Shown here in pieces: positions 1-11,581 of a stretch of 42,180 nucleotides of DNA (positions are counted from its first letter, which is position 1; the number at the start of each line of letters is the position of its first letter). The position numbers and the translations under genes are program-made. The DNA lies in NCBI RefSeq assembly GCF_004010195.1, contig NC_057718.1, positions 58,122,182-58,164,361 of the forward strand, given 5' to 3'. The notes beneath the pieces were generated by a model. It was not told the DNA's origin and did no database searches. It saw only the letters and a list, made by a program, of their open reading frames with translations. Source of the DNA: Chiloscyllium plagiosum. Taxonomy: Eukaryota.

Positions 1-2280
1 AATCAACTAAGGGTTGTATTAGTAAAGGCCAATTAAAAACGAAAACAATGATGGAGTTTTAAATGTAATCATAAGTTGGATTTACAGACCAGAATCTATG
101 AGAATAAAGTCAACAGCAAGCTTCAGGGGAGGCATTGGAAGAGTAACTGAAGTCAGAGGTGTACTGAAGCGCATGTGATGATAGCCCCAAATGAGCACCA
201 GTTGAGTCACAGCTCCTGCCACTGCAGAAGGTCAAATGAGGGGTCAAAGTTGGGAATTGTAGAGGGAAGCAGTTGCAATGAATTAAACAGATACGTGGAA
301 AAGCAGAAGCATGGAATTGGTATGTTCCTTGGGTCTATAACTAGTGATGTATTCATGTGGCAGAAGGGAGAGGCCACTGCAGATATCAGGATGGCAGCAC
401 ACTCGTGCTTGAAGGAAGTTAAAACATGGAAGTGAAATAATAACACCCATCAAAGAGCTAACACAGAGTGGTGTTCAGGGCTTGCCATGGTTCCCAAGCT
501 GAATGGTGAGTTCAGGCTATGTGTACACCACAGACAATCAAATAAAGCAATCTATCTGGAATTCTACCCAGTTCATCCACCTCAGGCAGATAGGCTGGTG
601 AAACTAGCCAATGGCAAACCCTTCACAAAGTTGGAGACTGACAGCAGTTTATGGAAAATACCCATGGACTACGAATCGAGGTTGTTAATCACCTTCACAT
701 CTTTTGGGAGAGATTGCTTTAATTGCCTAACTTTTGGAATATCATCAGCCTCATAAATATTTCAATGTGCAATATATCAAATCCTAGGAAGAAAACAAGG
801 AGTGATATACATGACACAATGGAGCAGGAGCTGATCACAGATAATGTAGCCCTGAAAACATTAGCATCCTGATATCTACAGTGATCTCATAAGTACGTCA
901 TTGAAAGCAAGCTTGATATTGGAATGAGAATTGTGAATTTACAAGGAAGCTACTTAGATTTTGGGCCAGGTCTCTGAACAATCGCAATCGTAAATTTCCA
1001 CAACCAAAGACCGTCAACAAAATCCAGCAGTTTCTAGGAATGTTCAGCCACATTGTGAAATTCATGCTAAATTTGGCTATGATCACACAGTCTTTTGGGA
1101 TCAGTTGAGAAAAGGTCAACAGTGGTTTTGGAGTCCAGTGCAGATGACAACGTTTTGGAAAACAAAAGATAGCTGACTTTCTTCAGATGTGCTTGTTCAC
1201 AGTGGTGGCTGTAAATGTGTTTTCAATAGGATTAAGCACATAACTCATTTAGGTACAGGATAATAGTGTAAGAATGCCATACCACTTTACATCGAGAGTA
1301 TATTGAAATAAAACAAAATTATGTAACCACAGAGAAGGACGTTTTGGCAGTAACATGGGGTTGTGAATATTTGCCATAGATTTGATAGGATTGAAGTTTC
1401 AAACTGAGACAGATCACAAACCATTGGCTACATATTAGGTTCCAAAGAGATAGTCAAAATACTATTACATTTCCAGATGTTCAGACTTGGGTTAATGCAT
1501 TACAATTACAGCAGTCTATGGAAAAGTGAAGACTTTGACCACAGCTAACATACTTTTGAGAGCTACATTGGATCAATATGAAGCAAATGATTTAGTCCTC
1601 ATTGAGGAAGTACAAACATTTTCTTTCCGAACTTCTGAGAGGAAGTTCCAGGAAACTCAAGAAGCACAAAAAGCAGATAGAGAATGCATCTAGACCACGA
1701 AATTCTGCCCAGGAGGTCGATCAAAAATCAGTTCAGTGAACAAGCACTTACACAGATATAAGGAACAAATGAAACATTTGATCATAGTAATTTTCAAGGT
1801 TTCAATCAGAGACTTGAAGCACAAAAACCTAAGAGGGAAAAAATTGTTAGCAAAATTGTTAAGTGTAGAGCTTGTGCACAGCAGTCTGTCCAATGGCTGT
1901 AATACGTGCATCATCAATAGTTAAACACCACTAGAGTCCATATTATCTTCCAGTCTCCCAGGAAGGTCTTTATAAAGATTGGGGCAAGACACACTCGACA
2001 TTTAAATTAATTGAGAGATTCACAGTTGAATCAGTTACATCACTAGTTCTCCTTTTTATCTACAGACCAATGGAGAAGCCGAGAGAGTAGTAAAACCATG
2101 AGTTGCTAATGATCAAAAACACTGACTAACTTTACTGAATCACAGAACAATGGATATTCATAGGTGGAGTTGGTAAAGGGTAGATAGTTGAAAGTTGATC
2201 TTCCATTACTATGCGGAAACCTCAGACCAAGCATCACATCTGAAGACCAGAGTGATAGTAATTGAAAATGAGTAGAAGAG
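1..2280 (+). mobile_element. Decayed Ty3/Gypsy LTR-retrotransposon pol remnant (RT-RNaseH-IN order), no LTR seen
   Basis: ORF 487-756 is an RT N-terminal part (MVPKLNGEFRLCV...FTKL...FG..CFNCLTFGISSAS). RNase H motifs EKDVLAVTWGCEY (~1331-1370) and ETDHKPL (~1406-1426). Integrase core TSSPFYLQTNGEAERVVK (~2042-2096). Many stops and frameshifts; boundaries approximate. Confidence 0.85.
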
Positions 2281-2283
2281 GAA

Positions 2284-2660
2284 ACATAGAAATATTGCAA
2301 CAGGAGTAGGCCATTCAGCCCATTCAGCTAGTCAGATCAATCAATACAATCATGACTGATCAAATGCCTTTTACACCCCACCCCCCCACCCATCCCCATA
2401 AGACCAGTGTGCCACTGGTAATCAGCAACCCATCAAACTCTACTTTCAACATCCTCATAGACTGAGTTTCTTTAATCATGTGTAGTAAAGAATTCTAAAG
2501 ATGCACAGCCCTGTGAGTAAAATAATTTCTCCTCATTTCAGGCTTAAATGAGATCTCCCTTATTTTGAAATTGTGCCCCTTTGTTACAGATATCCCACCA
2601 AGAGAAACGTCTTCGCAACATCTCCCGTACCTGTTCCTTTAAGTATTTTTTAAGTTTCCA
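2284..2660 (-). mobile_element. CR1-type LINE 3' fragment
   Basis: Starts with the reverse complement of a CR1 3' end (acatagaaat...aggagtaggccattcagccc), matching the 3' end of the CR1 at ~10380-10466. Confidence 0.75.
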
Positions 2661-2993
2661 AAAGACACAGGCCATTCAGTTCATCACATCTGTTCTACCA
2701 TTCAATAAGATCATGGCTCATCTGATAACCTTCTTCCATTTTCCTACCATTGCCCAATGATCGTTGCTAATTAAAACAATGTCTATCTCAGCCTTGAATA
2801 TACTTTAAAAAAAACCCAATCTTATAGTCCTCAGTGGTAAAGACTTTCATTACCATCTGAGAGGAGAATTTCCACCTAATCTCTGTCCTAAATGGGTAAC
2901 CCCTTACTCTGGGATTATGCCCTCTTGTCCCAGATTCTCCCAAAAGGGAAAGCAACCTTTCATCATCAACCCTGCCAAATCCCCTAAGATGTG
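2661..2993 (-). mobile_element. CR1-type LINE 3' part; host of the Gmr1-like insertion, continues at 11250
   Basis: CR1 3'-end motif (caggccattcag...aataagatcatggct) and ORF2 C-terminal sequence. Stops at cccctaagatgtg and resumes collinearly at 11250 (agtgtgtatgttt...gaccaccgctcattc). Confidence 0.75.
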
Positions 2994-3634
2994 TGTTATG
3001 GACCAGGCCCGATCCCTCAAAACATTTTAAAGCAGGTAGCCAAGACCGGAACTTTGCTATTTATTTTAGGCAAGTGTATAGTGGATATTCCTGGAGTGAA
3101 TTAGCTGATCCACCTGCCAAGTTTTAAACAAACAGACGTTATTTCCAAAATTACGGAATGAAACACAAAGAACACAAAATAGAATACCGGATAGCTTATC
3201 CTATCCAAAACGAAAGACAATCCCAACTTAATGATGCTGTTCCAAACGTACTTGTACCAATCCCAATAAACACATCTCTTAGCACAAAGATTAAAAATGA
3301 AACAAACCAGTGTTGACAGGTTTGAAGTCAGAGAGAGAGAGAGTAACAGGCCGGACTTCCCCCAGCAGCCTTTCTTCGCACACACTGCTGCTGACTGAAT
3401 TAAAACTCTAATCTAAACGGAGGCTAGCTACATAGTTAGCTGGCCAGTCCCCTTTGATTATACCTTTTTTTAAGACATGAAAGCCTTAGATCGGAGTCAT
3501 TATCTGTTAGGGTTGAACAAAAAGGGCCCCAAAAAACCTTTCAAACCCACCCAAACTGGACCGTGGCCAATTACCCCCTCTCTGGAAAAACACTCAAGGG
3601 CATAGTAACCTTGTAAAAAGACCAACATTGTGAT
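2994..3634 (-). repeat. 3' LTR of Gmr1-like element
   Basis: tgttatggaccagg...acattgtgata aligns to 10508-11249 (12 mismatches in a hand-aligned 161-nt segment, 3051-3211). A purine-rich tract agggcaaagg lies immediately upstream on the minus strand (3635-3644). Confidence 0.9.
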
Positions 3635-3821
3635 ACCTTTGCCCTGAAAACAAAAATGAACCATTAATATCCAAAGATGGCTTCATTTTTCAAAACCTCA
3701 AGAAATAGCAGTTAGTACTCTAAAAAAACACATATACATTCACTGACTATAAACATGCTAACATGCACAACTACTTTCAGATTCAGTCTGTAGTTCTCCC
3801 ATCACCGAACGCCTCCTTCAG

Positions 3822-5214
3822 TCATTTGAGTCTCAATAATGCATCAGCAATCACGTTTTCTCGACCTGCCCCATGCACATTCAAATTGAATGGCTGTAAC
3901 AACAGGCTCCATTGAAAGACTCTGGCATTTTTGTTCTTAACATTCTCCACAAATTTCAATGGGTTATGCTCAGTGTATGCGATTGTCTCAGATGCATTGC
4001 TGGTAATACAGACATTGAAATGTTGTAGTGCCAGCACCAAGCGCAAAGTCTCTTTCTCAACTGTCGAATATTACTGCTGGTGAACGTTCAACTTCCTGGA
4101 AAAATATCCGATAGGTCTTTCTATCTTCTCGCCATCTTCCTGCAGGTGCACACACATCACTCGTATCGATAGCCACCTTGAATGGCTTTGTGTAACCAGA
4201 TGTGGCTAATACCAGGGCAGTGGTTAACACAGCTTTCAGGCTGTCAAACACTTTCTGACAGTCTGCTGTCCACTGAAACTTCTTTTTTTTTTAGCAATTC
4301 AGTGAGTGGAGCAGCCACATTGCTAAAATTCGGCACAAACATTTGATAAAATCCACTAAATCCCAGGAACTGTAGTACTGCTCTTTTTGGCCCAGGAAAG
4401 TGACTTGGGCTTTGACAAATTCACTTTTAGCTAGGTTTATCACCAAGCCTGCCTTCCAAAGTCGATTGAACAAGTCCGATAAATGTTGTAAATGTCCCTT
4501 CCATGTGTGAATAAAAATCACCAGGTCATCAACATGCACCACACAGTTGGGTAATCCAGCAATGACCTTATTAGTCAGTCACTGAAATGTGGCTGGAGCG
4601 TTTTTCATACCAAATGGCAAGACTTTAAACTGATACAGCCCATTCGGCGTTACGAAAGTCTTTGCTCTTTCTGACAAAGGTACTTGCCAGTATCCACTGA
4701 GCAAGTCCAACTTTGAAACTTAAGTTGCTTGTCCCAACCTTTCAATGCAGTCTTCCAACCGCAGAATTAGATATGCGTCAGTCTTTGTAACTGCATTGAC
4801 TTTGCGATAGTCCACATAACCGTTGGGGACCATCCAAAGATGTGCAGGTTAGGTGAATTGACCATGCTAAATTGCCCATAGTGTTAGGTGAAGGGGTAAA
4901 TATAGGGGAATGGGTCTGGGTGGGTTGCTCTTCGGAGGATCGGTGTGGACTTTTGGGCCGAAGGGCCTGTTTCCATACTGTAAGTAATCTAATCTAATCT
5001 AGTTTTGGCACCATCACTATAGGTGAGCTCGAGTCATTGTAACTTTGATTAGGTTGTCTTGGAGCATGCATTCAATCTCTTTCTGAACCTGTGTCAACTT
5101 TACAGGGTTATGCCTGTAAGGTTGTTGCGGACAGAACAGCATCTCCTATTAGGTTAGTACTTCCCAGTTTATTTTGGCATATCTCTCCATGTGATAGTAA
5201 TAACTCAGGTCATT
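3822..5214 (-). pseudogene. RT and RNase H region of Gmr1-like pol (frameshifted, SINE-interrupted)
   Basis: ORF 4291-4542 VDDLVIF...GLVINLAKSEFVKAQVTFLG (YxDD region). ORF 4057-4251 LKAVLTTALVLA..KPFKVAIDTSD. ORF 3822-4046 LVLALQHF...YTEHNPL...ENVIADALLR. Confidence 0.88.
4832..5000 (+). mobile_element. 5'-truncated HE1-type SINE inside Gmr1 RT
   Basis: atccaaagatgtgcaggttagg...gggcctgtttccatactgtaag plus (taatc)n tail; homologous to the 3' half of the full SINE at 25950-26278. Confidence 0.88.
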
Positions 5215-5918
5215 TCAATTTTTCTCAGGAAGGTAATTCAATAATTTATCCCAATTTTTGACAAATTCCTCATTGTCCAATTTAATTTGAGGAATATCCA
5301 ATTTAGAATCCTTTGAACTTGGTTCTTCCCTCTGTATTGTAATCATTAAAATCTTCTCCTCCTGGTTTCCTTCCCTGTCAAAGTACCTTTTGAGTATATT
5401 CACGTTGACTCTGTGAGATTTCTTTCTGCCTCGAGTTCCTATCAAGTAGTTCATCTCACTCAATGTCCTTTCTATTTGATAAGGTTCACTAAACCTGACT
5501 TTTAAAGGTTCACCTATTATTGGAAGTAACACTAATACCTTATCCCCAATAGCAAAATTGCGAATTGTTGATTCCTTGTCTGCTTCCTGTTTCACTCTAT
5601 TCTGCGATACTTTTAAATGATGTCTAGCCAACCCCCCAGCTCTATTTAATTGGTCTCTAAAATTTGACACATAGTCCAAATATGTGGTCTCCGAATTCTG
5701 ACTTACTAATTTCTCCTTATTCAATTTTAGTGGTCCTCTCACTTCGTGCCTAAAACTAATTCAAATGGACTGAATTTGGTCAATTCAGCAAAAAGCACAA
5801 ACAGAATACCCTAATCCCAATTGTCTGGATAGTCCTGACTGTAAGCCCTCAACATGGTCTTTTGTGTCTGGTGCTACCTTTCTAGCATTCCCTGTGATTC
5901 TGGATGGTACGCAGTAGA
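5215..5918 (-). pseudogene. Integrase C-terminal half of Gmr1-like pol
   Basis: Continues the core as (S)TAYHPESQG after the CR1 insertion. ORF 5215-5742 RGPLKL...FAIGDKVLVLLP...RFSEPYQI (GPY/F-like)...VNVNILKRY. Confidence 0.85.
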
Positions 5919-7002
5919 GACATAGAGTCATAGAGGTGGCCAGCATGGAAACAGATGCTACGGTCCAACCGTCCATGCCAACCAGCTATCCCAACCCAAT
6001 CTAGTCCCACCTGCCAGCACCCGGCCCATATCCCTCCAAACCCTTCCTATTCATATACCCATCCAAATGCCTCTTAAATGTTGCAATTATACTAGCCTTC
6101 ACCACTTCCTCTGGCAGCTCATTCCATACGCGTACCACCCTCTGTGTGAAGAAGTTGCCCCTTAGGTCCGTTTTTTATCTTTTCCCTCTCACCCTAAACC
6201 TGTGCCCTCTAATTTTGGACTCCCCCACCCCAGGGAAAAGACTGTCTATTTACCCTATCCATGCCTTTCCTGATTTTATAAACCTCTATGAGGTCAGCCC
6301 TCAGCCTCCGATGCTCCAGGGAAAACAGCCCCAGCCTGTTCAGCCTTTCCCTATAGCTCAAATCCTCCAACTTTGACAACATTCTTGTAAATCTTTTCTG
6401 AACCCTTTCAAGTTTCACAACATCCTTCTGATAGGAAGGAGACCAGAATTGCACACAATAGTCCAAAAGTGGTCTAACCAATGTCCTGTACAGCTGCAAC
6501 ATGACCTCCCACTCTTGTACTCAATACTCTGACCAATAAAGGAAAGCATACCAAATGCCTTCTTCACTCCCTAGGACCTTACCATTAAGTGTATAAGTCC
6601 TGCTAAGATTTGCTTTCCCAAAATGCAGCACCTCACATTTATTAAACTCCATCTGCCATTCCTCAGCCCATTGGCCCATCTGATCAAGATCTCATTGTAA
6701 TCTAAGGTAACCTTCTTTGCTGTCCACTACACCTCCAATTTTGGTGTCATCTGCAAACGTACTAACTACATCTCTTACGCTCACATCCAAATCATTTATA
6801 TAAATGATGAAAAGTAGTGATTCCAGCACCGGTCCTTGTGGCACTCCACTGGTCACAGGCCTCCAGTCTGAGAAACAACCCTCCATCACCACCCTCTGTC
6901 TTCTACCTTTGAGCCAGTTCTGTATCCAAATGGCTAGTTCTCCCTGGATTCCATGAGATCTAACCTTGCTAACCAGTCTCCCATGGGGAATCTTGTCGAG
7001 CA
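5919..7002 (-). mobile_element. 5'-truncated CR1 (HER1-type) LINE inserted in the integrase
   Basis: (catagagt)n tail at 5919-5935. ORF 6209-6502 is CR1 ORF2 C-terminus. RT motifs DKIPHGRL..SGVPQG..FADDTK. Host rejoins as gcagtaga|tttgaattg with taga present on both sides. Confidence 0.92.
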
Positions 7003-7700
7003 TAGATTTGAATTGCTTTATTCCTAAGCTGTCCATAACTTCCTTCAATATTTTGGATGTGAAGTTTGACCCTTGATCAGACGGTATCTCTATTGGTAGT
7101 CCACATCTCGTAAAAAATGTGAGTAATTCCTCTACGATCCTTTTAGCTGAGATATTGTGTAATGAGATGGCCTCTGGAAATCTAGCCGATACATCCATTA
7201 TTGTTAACAAATACTGATTCCCACTTTTTGTTTGAGGTAGGGGACCTACGCAATCAATTAAGTCTCTTGTAAAAGGTTCCTGAAATGCTGGAATAGGTGT
7301 TAAAGGTGCAAGTTTTATTACTGCCCATGGTTTTCCAATTACCTGATATGTATGACACGACTGGCAAAATTCAACTACATCCTTGTGCAGTCCAGGCCTG
7401 TAAAATTGTCTTTGTATTTTAGCCTGTCTTTTCCTCACCCCTAAATGACCTCCAAGTGGTAGCTCATGCACCACTCACAACACCTTCCTTCTATACCCTA
7501 CCGGCAAGGCAATTTGATGAATTTCTGTCCATTTCTCGTCTGTTTGAATATGTGATGTTCTCCATTTCCTCATCAAGACATCATTTTTTCAAGTAATAAC
7601 ACTCAGGGATGCAATTCAGATTCCTCTCTGTATATGCCTTTTGATACAACTTTTAAATTTTCATCTTTCTGCTATAACTCAATAAGTTCTGCAGAGCTAA
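7003..7700 (-). pseudogene. Integrase N-terminal half (HHCC finger and rve core) of Gmr1-like pol
   Basis: HELPLGGHLG...CQSCHTYQ zinc-binding motif; IDCVGPLP, TIMDVSARFPEA, SDQGSNF. Confidence 0.9.
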
Positions 7701-7849
7701 AGATATTTGCATGATTATCTATTTGCTCCTGTTGTGTCTCAACTATCTGATCGAACACAGTCTCTGCTAATGCCACTTCAGCTTCCTTCTCTGTAACCTT
7801 TGATCTCTCCTCCTTCAACTGGTGACTCTGTGACGTTATTACTACACAA

Positions 7850-8362
7850 TCAGGGAAGATTCCAGGGTAAAAATCCTGCTTTGCTGATCAAATCCCGAGT
7901 CTCCAATGACTTTTCAACCACAGTAGGTGCCACACCCACTGGTGAATCAGTTGTATCATTCGCAAGGACAAATTGTATTCCTGGAGCTGAGAGTTTGTCC
8001 AATACTCCTACCACAAATTCTCCCTCTTCTCTGGACTCTCTAGCCTCTAGCCTCGCTTTACATAATTGAGCACTTTTTGTCTCACCATGAATTTCCATTA
8101 CTAGTACCTTTTCTGGCAATAGCCCCTGAGGAGTACATATCTCCTCATCCTTCAGCATCACAGATTGAGAGGATCCTGTGTCCCTTAATATTGTAACCTC
8201 TTTACCTGCTACTCCTGACCTATGTGAATAAACTTTACCTTTCCAGGTACATTTTCTAAGCAGATCTGGCACTTCCTCCTTAACCAACCTCCGGTCAGCT
8301 TGTACACTCTGATGCGGCTTTCTAGCTTCCACTGTGCTTTCTGTTACCATTATAAAAAACAA
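7850..8362 (-). pseudogene. Aspartic protease region of Gmr1-like element
   Basis: VTILRDTGSSQS (DTG active-site motif) and downstream IQFVLAND (ILGND-like). Confidence 0.8.
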
Positions 8363-8384
8363 CTCCCAGATTTGTCCTGCTTTC

Positions 8385-9117
8385 CTACATCTGCCTTTTT
8401 CCTAGTCCACCAACACTGATTTCATGTGGCCTGCTTGCAAAAAAAAAACACCAGAGCTTTTTACCTGTGATCTCTTCAAGGGTTTCCTTTTTACCCTGTG
8501 GTAAGTTATCCTTATGATCTTCACTGAGATCTACCTTTCCCTTTCCAAGTAAAGATTTCTCATTTCCCCAGTTTCCATCCCTCATGAACTGAAGTTGATT
8601 CTGGAAGCCAAACTGTGTTTTATGGACCAACTCATAACCATCAGGCATTTCAGCTGCTAACCTTGCTGTTTTAACTCTGCTCTTCCACATGAGTTTGCTC
8701 TACATCTTCACTAAGCCTACATTCAGCCTTCATCTCCATCCTTTTCAGCTGACTTTCCTTTCTAAGTGCCTTTTTATGAAGTTCACACTCTTTTTCTTTC
8801 TCTTCAGCTGATGCCCTTTGTCCTTTTTCTTTCTCTTACAATTTTAATTGTAACTCAAACAGTTTCATTTTTGCTTCTCACTGAAATGTATTCATTTGCA
8901 GTTGAAGTTTAGTTATCACTACAGATCCTGATGGGGTTTCCAGCAAGTTTAAATGATGAGCTACTGCTGCAATCATCTCATCTTTCCTCACGTTTGGAAG
9001 TAACTTCAACTCTAGCTTGTCTACTAATTCCCACAGCTTGGTCTTCTTTGCCTTTTGTATAACGCCCAAGGTCAATTCTTCCACCTCCAGAACTTTCTTG
9101 GTGACTGAAAGAGCCAT
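8385..9117 (-). pseudogene. gag remnant (internally deleted) of Gmr1-like element
   Basis: ATG at 9117 with helical N-terminus (KKTKLWELVDKLEL...RKDEMIAAV). Capsid C-terminal end ARLAAEMPDGYELVH. Frameshifted zinc-knuckle remnant near 8410-8455. Most of the capsid appears missing. Confidence 0.65.
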
Positions 9118-9182
9118 TGCTATCCTAGCGCTATTTCAACCAACCATTCAACACCCACAATAAAAGACTCTTAACACCTTTA

Positions 9183-10466
9183 ACAGGATAGGTCGGAGTC
9201 AGCATGGATTTATGAAGGGGAAATCATGCTTGACTAATCTTCTGGAATTTTTTGAGGATGTAACTCGAAGCTGGACGAGGGAGATCCAGTAGATGTGGTG
9301 TACCTGGACTTTCAGAAAGCTTTTGATAAAGTCCCACATAGGAGGTTAGTGAGCAAAGTTAGGGCGCATGGTATTGGGGGCAAAGTACTAACTTGGATTG
9401 AAAGTTGGTTGGCTGATAGGAAACAAAGAGTAGTGATAAACGGCTCCATTTCAGAATGGCAGGCAATGACCAGTGGGGTACCGCAGGGATCAGTACTAGG
9501 ACCGCAGCTTTTTACAATATATGTTAATGATATAGAAGATGGTATTAGCAATAACATTAGCAAATTTGCTAATGATACTAAGCTGCGTGGCAGGGTGAAA
9601 TGTGATGAGGATGTTAGGAGATTACAGGGTGACCTGGACAAGTTAGGTGAGTGGTCAGATGCATGGCAGATGCAGTTTAATGTGACTAAATGTATGGTTA
9701 TTCACTTTGGTGGCAAGAACAGGAAGGCAGATTACTACCTAAATGGAATCAATTTAGGTAAAGGGGCAGTGCAGAGAGATCTGGGTGTTCTTGTACACCA
9801 GTCAATGAAGGCAAGCATGCAGGTACAGCAGGTAGTGAAGAAGGCTAATAGCATGCTGACCTTCATAACAAGAGGAATTGAGTACAGAAGCAAAGAGGTG
9901 CTTCTGCAGCTGTACAGGGCACTGGTGAGACCACACCTGGAGTACTGCATGCAGTTCTGGTCTCCAAATTTGAGGAAAGACATTCTGGCTATTGAGAGAG
10001 TGCAGCGCAGTGTGACATGAACCCAAGCACATAATCTGCAGGCAGTCAATCCATATAACATTTTATAAATTTCTACTTTGGAAATTGAACCAGTCTGACT
10101 CAAGATTGGGATACAGGCAGTCTCTTTGAACACGCTGGCAGCAGGAAACATTTTTCTGCTGATGGGTGAGTGCCGAACCAGAGGATACAGCTTAAAAATA
10201 CAGGGTAGACCATTTAGGACAGAGATGAGGAGAAACTTCTTCACCCAGAGAGTGGTGGCTGTGTGGAATGCTCTACCCCAGAGGGCAGTGGAGGCCCAGT
10301 CTCTGGATTCGTTTAAGAAAGTATTGGATAGTGGAATCAAGGGTTATGGGGATAAGGCAGGAACAGGATACTGATTAAGGATGATCAGCCATGATCATAT
10401 TGAATGGTGGTGGAGGCTCGAAGGGCAGAATGGCCTACTCCTGCACCTATTGTCTATTGTCTATTG
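9183..10466 (+). mobile_element. 5'-truncated CR1 LINE inserted in the Gmr1 leader
   Basis: ORF 9295-10020 YLDFQKAFDKVPH...SGVPQGSVLGP...KFANDTKL (catalytic D to N). ORF 10126-10374 is the ORF2 end. (ctattgt)n tail. ttta on both flanks (9179-9182, 10467-10470). Confidence 0.93.
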
Positions 10467-10487
10467 TTTACCACTCACTGTTTAGAT

Positions 10488-10504
10488 CTCAAAAAGAGCC
10501 CTCA
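10488..10504 (-). promoter_or_regulatory. Degenerate primer-binding site, possibly tRNA-Pro
   Basis: Minus strand reads tgagggctc 3 nt after the 5' LTR, versus TGGGGGCTC of a tRNA-Pro PBS. The remainder matches poorly. Confidence 0.4.
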
Positions 10505-10507
10505 ATC

Positions 10508-11249
10508 TGTTCTGGACCTGCCCCATCCCTCAAAATATTTTTAAGCAGGTAGCCCAGACTGTAACTTTGCTATTTGTTTTAGGTAAGTGTATAGTGGATA
10601 TTCCCGGAGTGAATTAGCTGATCCGACTGCCAAGTTTTAAACAAACAGAATTTATTTACAAAATTACAAAATGAAACACAAAGAACAGAAAATAGAATAC
10701 CGGATAACTTATCCTATCCAAAACATGATAGACTATCCTGACTTAATGATGCTGTTCCAAATATACTTGCACCAGTCCCAACAAACACATCCCTTAACAC
10801 AAAGAGTAAAAATGAAACAAACCAGGATTTATAGGTTTTAAGTCAGAGAGAGAGAGTACCAGGCTGGATCTGCCCCAGCAGCCTTTCTTCACACACATTG
10901 CTGCTGAACTGAATGAAAACTCTAATCTAAACAGAGGTAAGCTACACAGCTAGCTGGCCTCTCCTCTTTGATTATACCTTTTTTTAAAAGACATGAAAGC
11001 CTTAGCTCAGAGGCATTAACTGTTAGGGGTAAATAAAAAGGGCCCCAATAAACCTTTCAAACCCAGCTTAGTTCGAACCTGGCCAATTACCCTCTCTCTA
11101 GAAAAACACTCAAGGTCATAGTAATCTTGTAAAAAGACCATCTGATGAAGGAGCAGCGCTCTGAAAGCAAGTGCTTCCAATTAAACCTGTTGGACTATAA
11201 CCTGGTGTTGTGTGATTTTTAACCTTGTAAAAATACCAGCATTGTGGCA
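10508..11249 (-). repeat. 5' LTR of Gmr1-like element (contains PLE insertion)
   Basis: tgttctggacctg...attgtggca; homologous to 2994-3634 apart from the extra insertion and duplication at 11141-11238. Confidence 0.9.
11141..11219 (+). mobile_element. Penelope-like element terminal fragment (family B) with hammerhead-like motif
   Basis: t-ctgatga-ag-gagc-agc-gctc-t-gaaa-gcaa. Flanked by a 19-bp duplication (11122-11140 / 11220-11238, 2 mismatches). The sister LTR shows the empty site. Confidence 0.75.
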
Positions 11250-11581
11250 AGTGTGTATGTTTAAAAAAAAGACCACCGCTCATTCATCTATATTTTAATA
11301 AGTACAGTATAATCTCTCCTGATAAAGCAATTCCTCCGGACTAATTACCAACCTAATGAATCTTCTTTGAACTTTTCACAGTATTTCAGCTAGTCTTTTG
11401 TGTACAGCTGTCAATGTTTTTTGTAAACTGTTTTGTAATTTGTTTAATAAAATAAATATAATCTCTCCTGATAAGACAATTCCTCCGGACTAATTACCAA
11501 CCTAATGAATCTTCTTTGAACTTTTCACAGTATTTCAGCTATGGTCTGACTACTGTCTTGTATAGTTTTAGCAAAGCCTCC
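11250..11581 (-). mobile_element. Continuation of host CR1 (contains 85-bp duplication)
   Basis: Collinear with 2661-2993. Ends in sequence encoding ..EALLKLYKTVVRP on the minus strand. Confidence 0.75.
11308..11541. repeat. 85-bp direct duplication flanking a 64-bp insert
   Basis: 11308-11392 and 11457-11541 are identical except ag/ga. Insert 11393-11456 ends in aataaaataaa. Confidence 0.93.

Larger units (their letters stand above)
2994..11249 (-). mobile_element. Gmr1-like Ty3/Gypsy LTR retrotransposon, near full length, defective, with nested insertions
   Basis: Two related LTRs (2994-3634, 10508-11249). Outer ends are TG...CA. Candidate 4-bp TSD tgtg (2990-2993) / agtg (11250-11253). 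Minus-strand domain order is gag, protease, integrase, RT, RNase H. Confidence 0.92.

Noticed and set aside
9295..10020. Functional reverse transcriptase gene
   Set aside because: 5'-truncated CR1, catalytic FADD changed to FAND, and C-terminus broken by filler.
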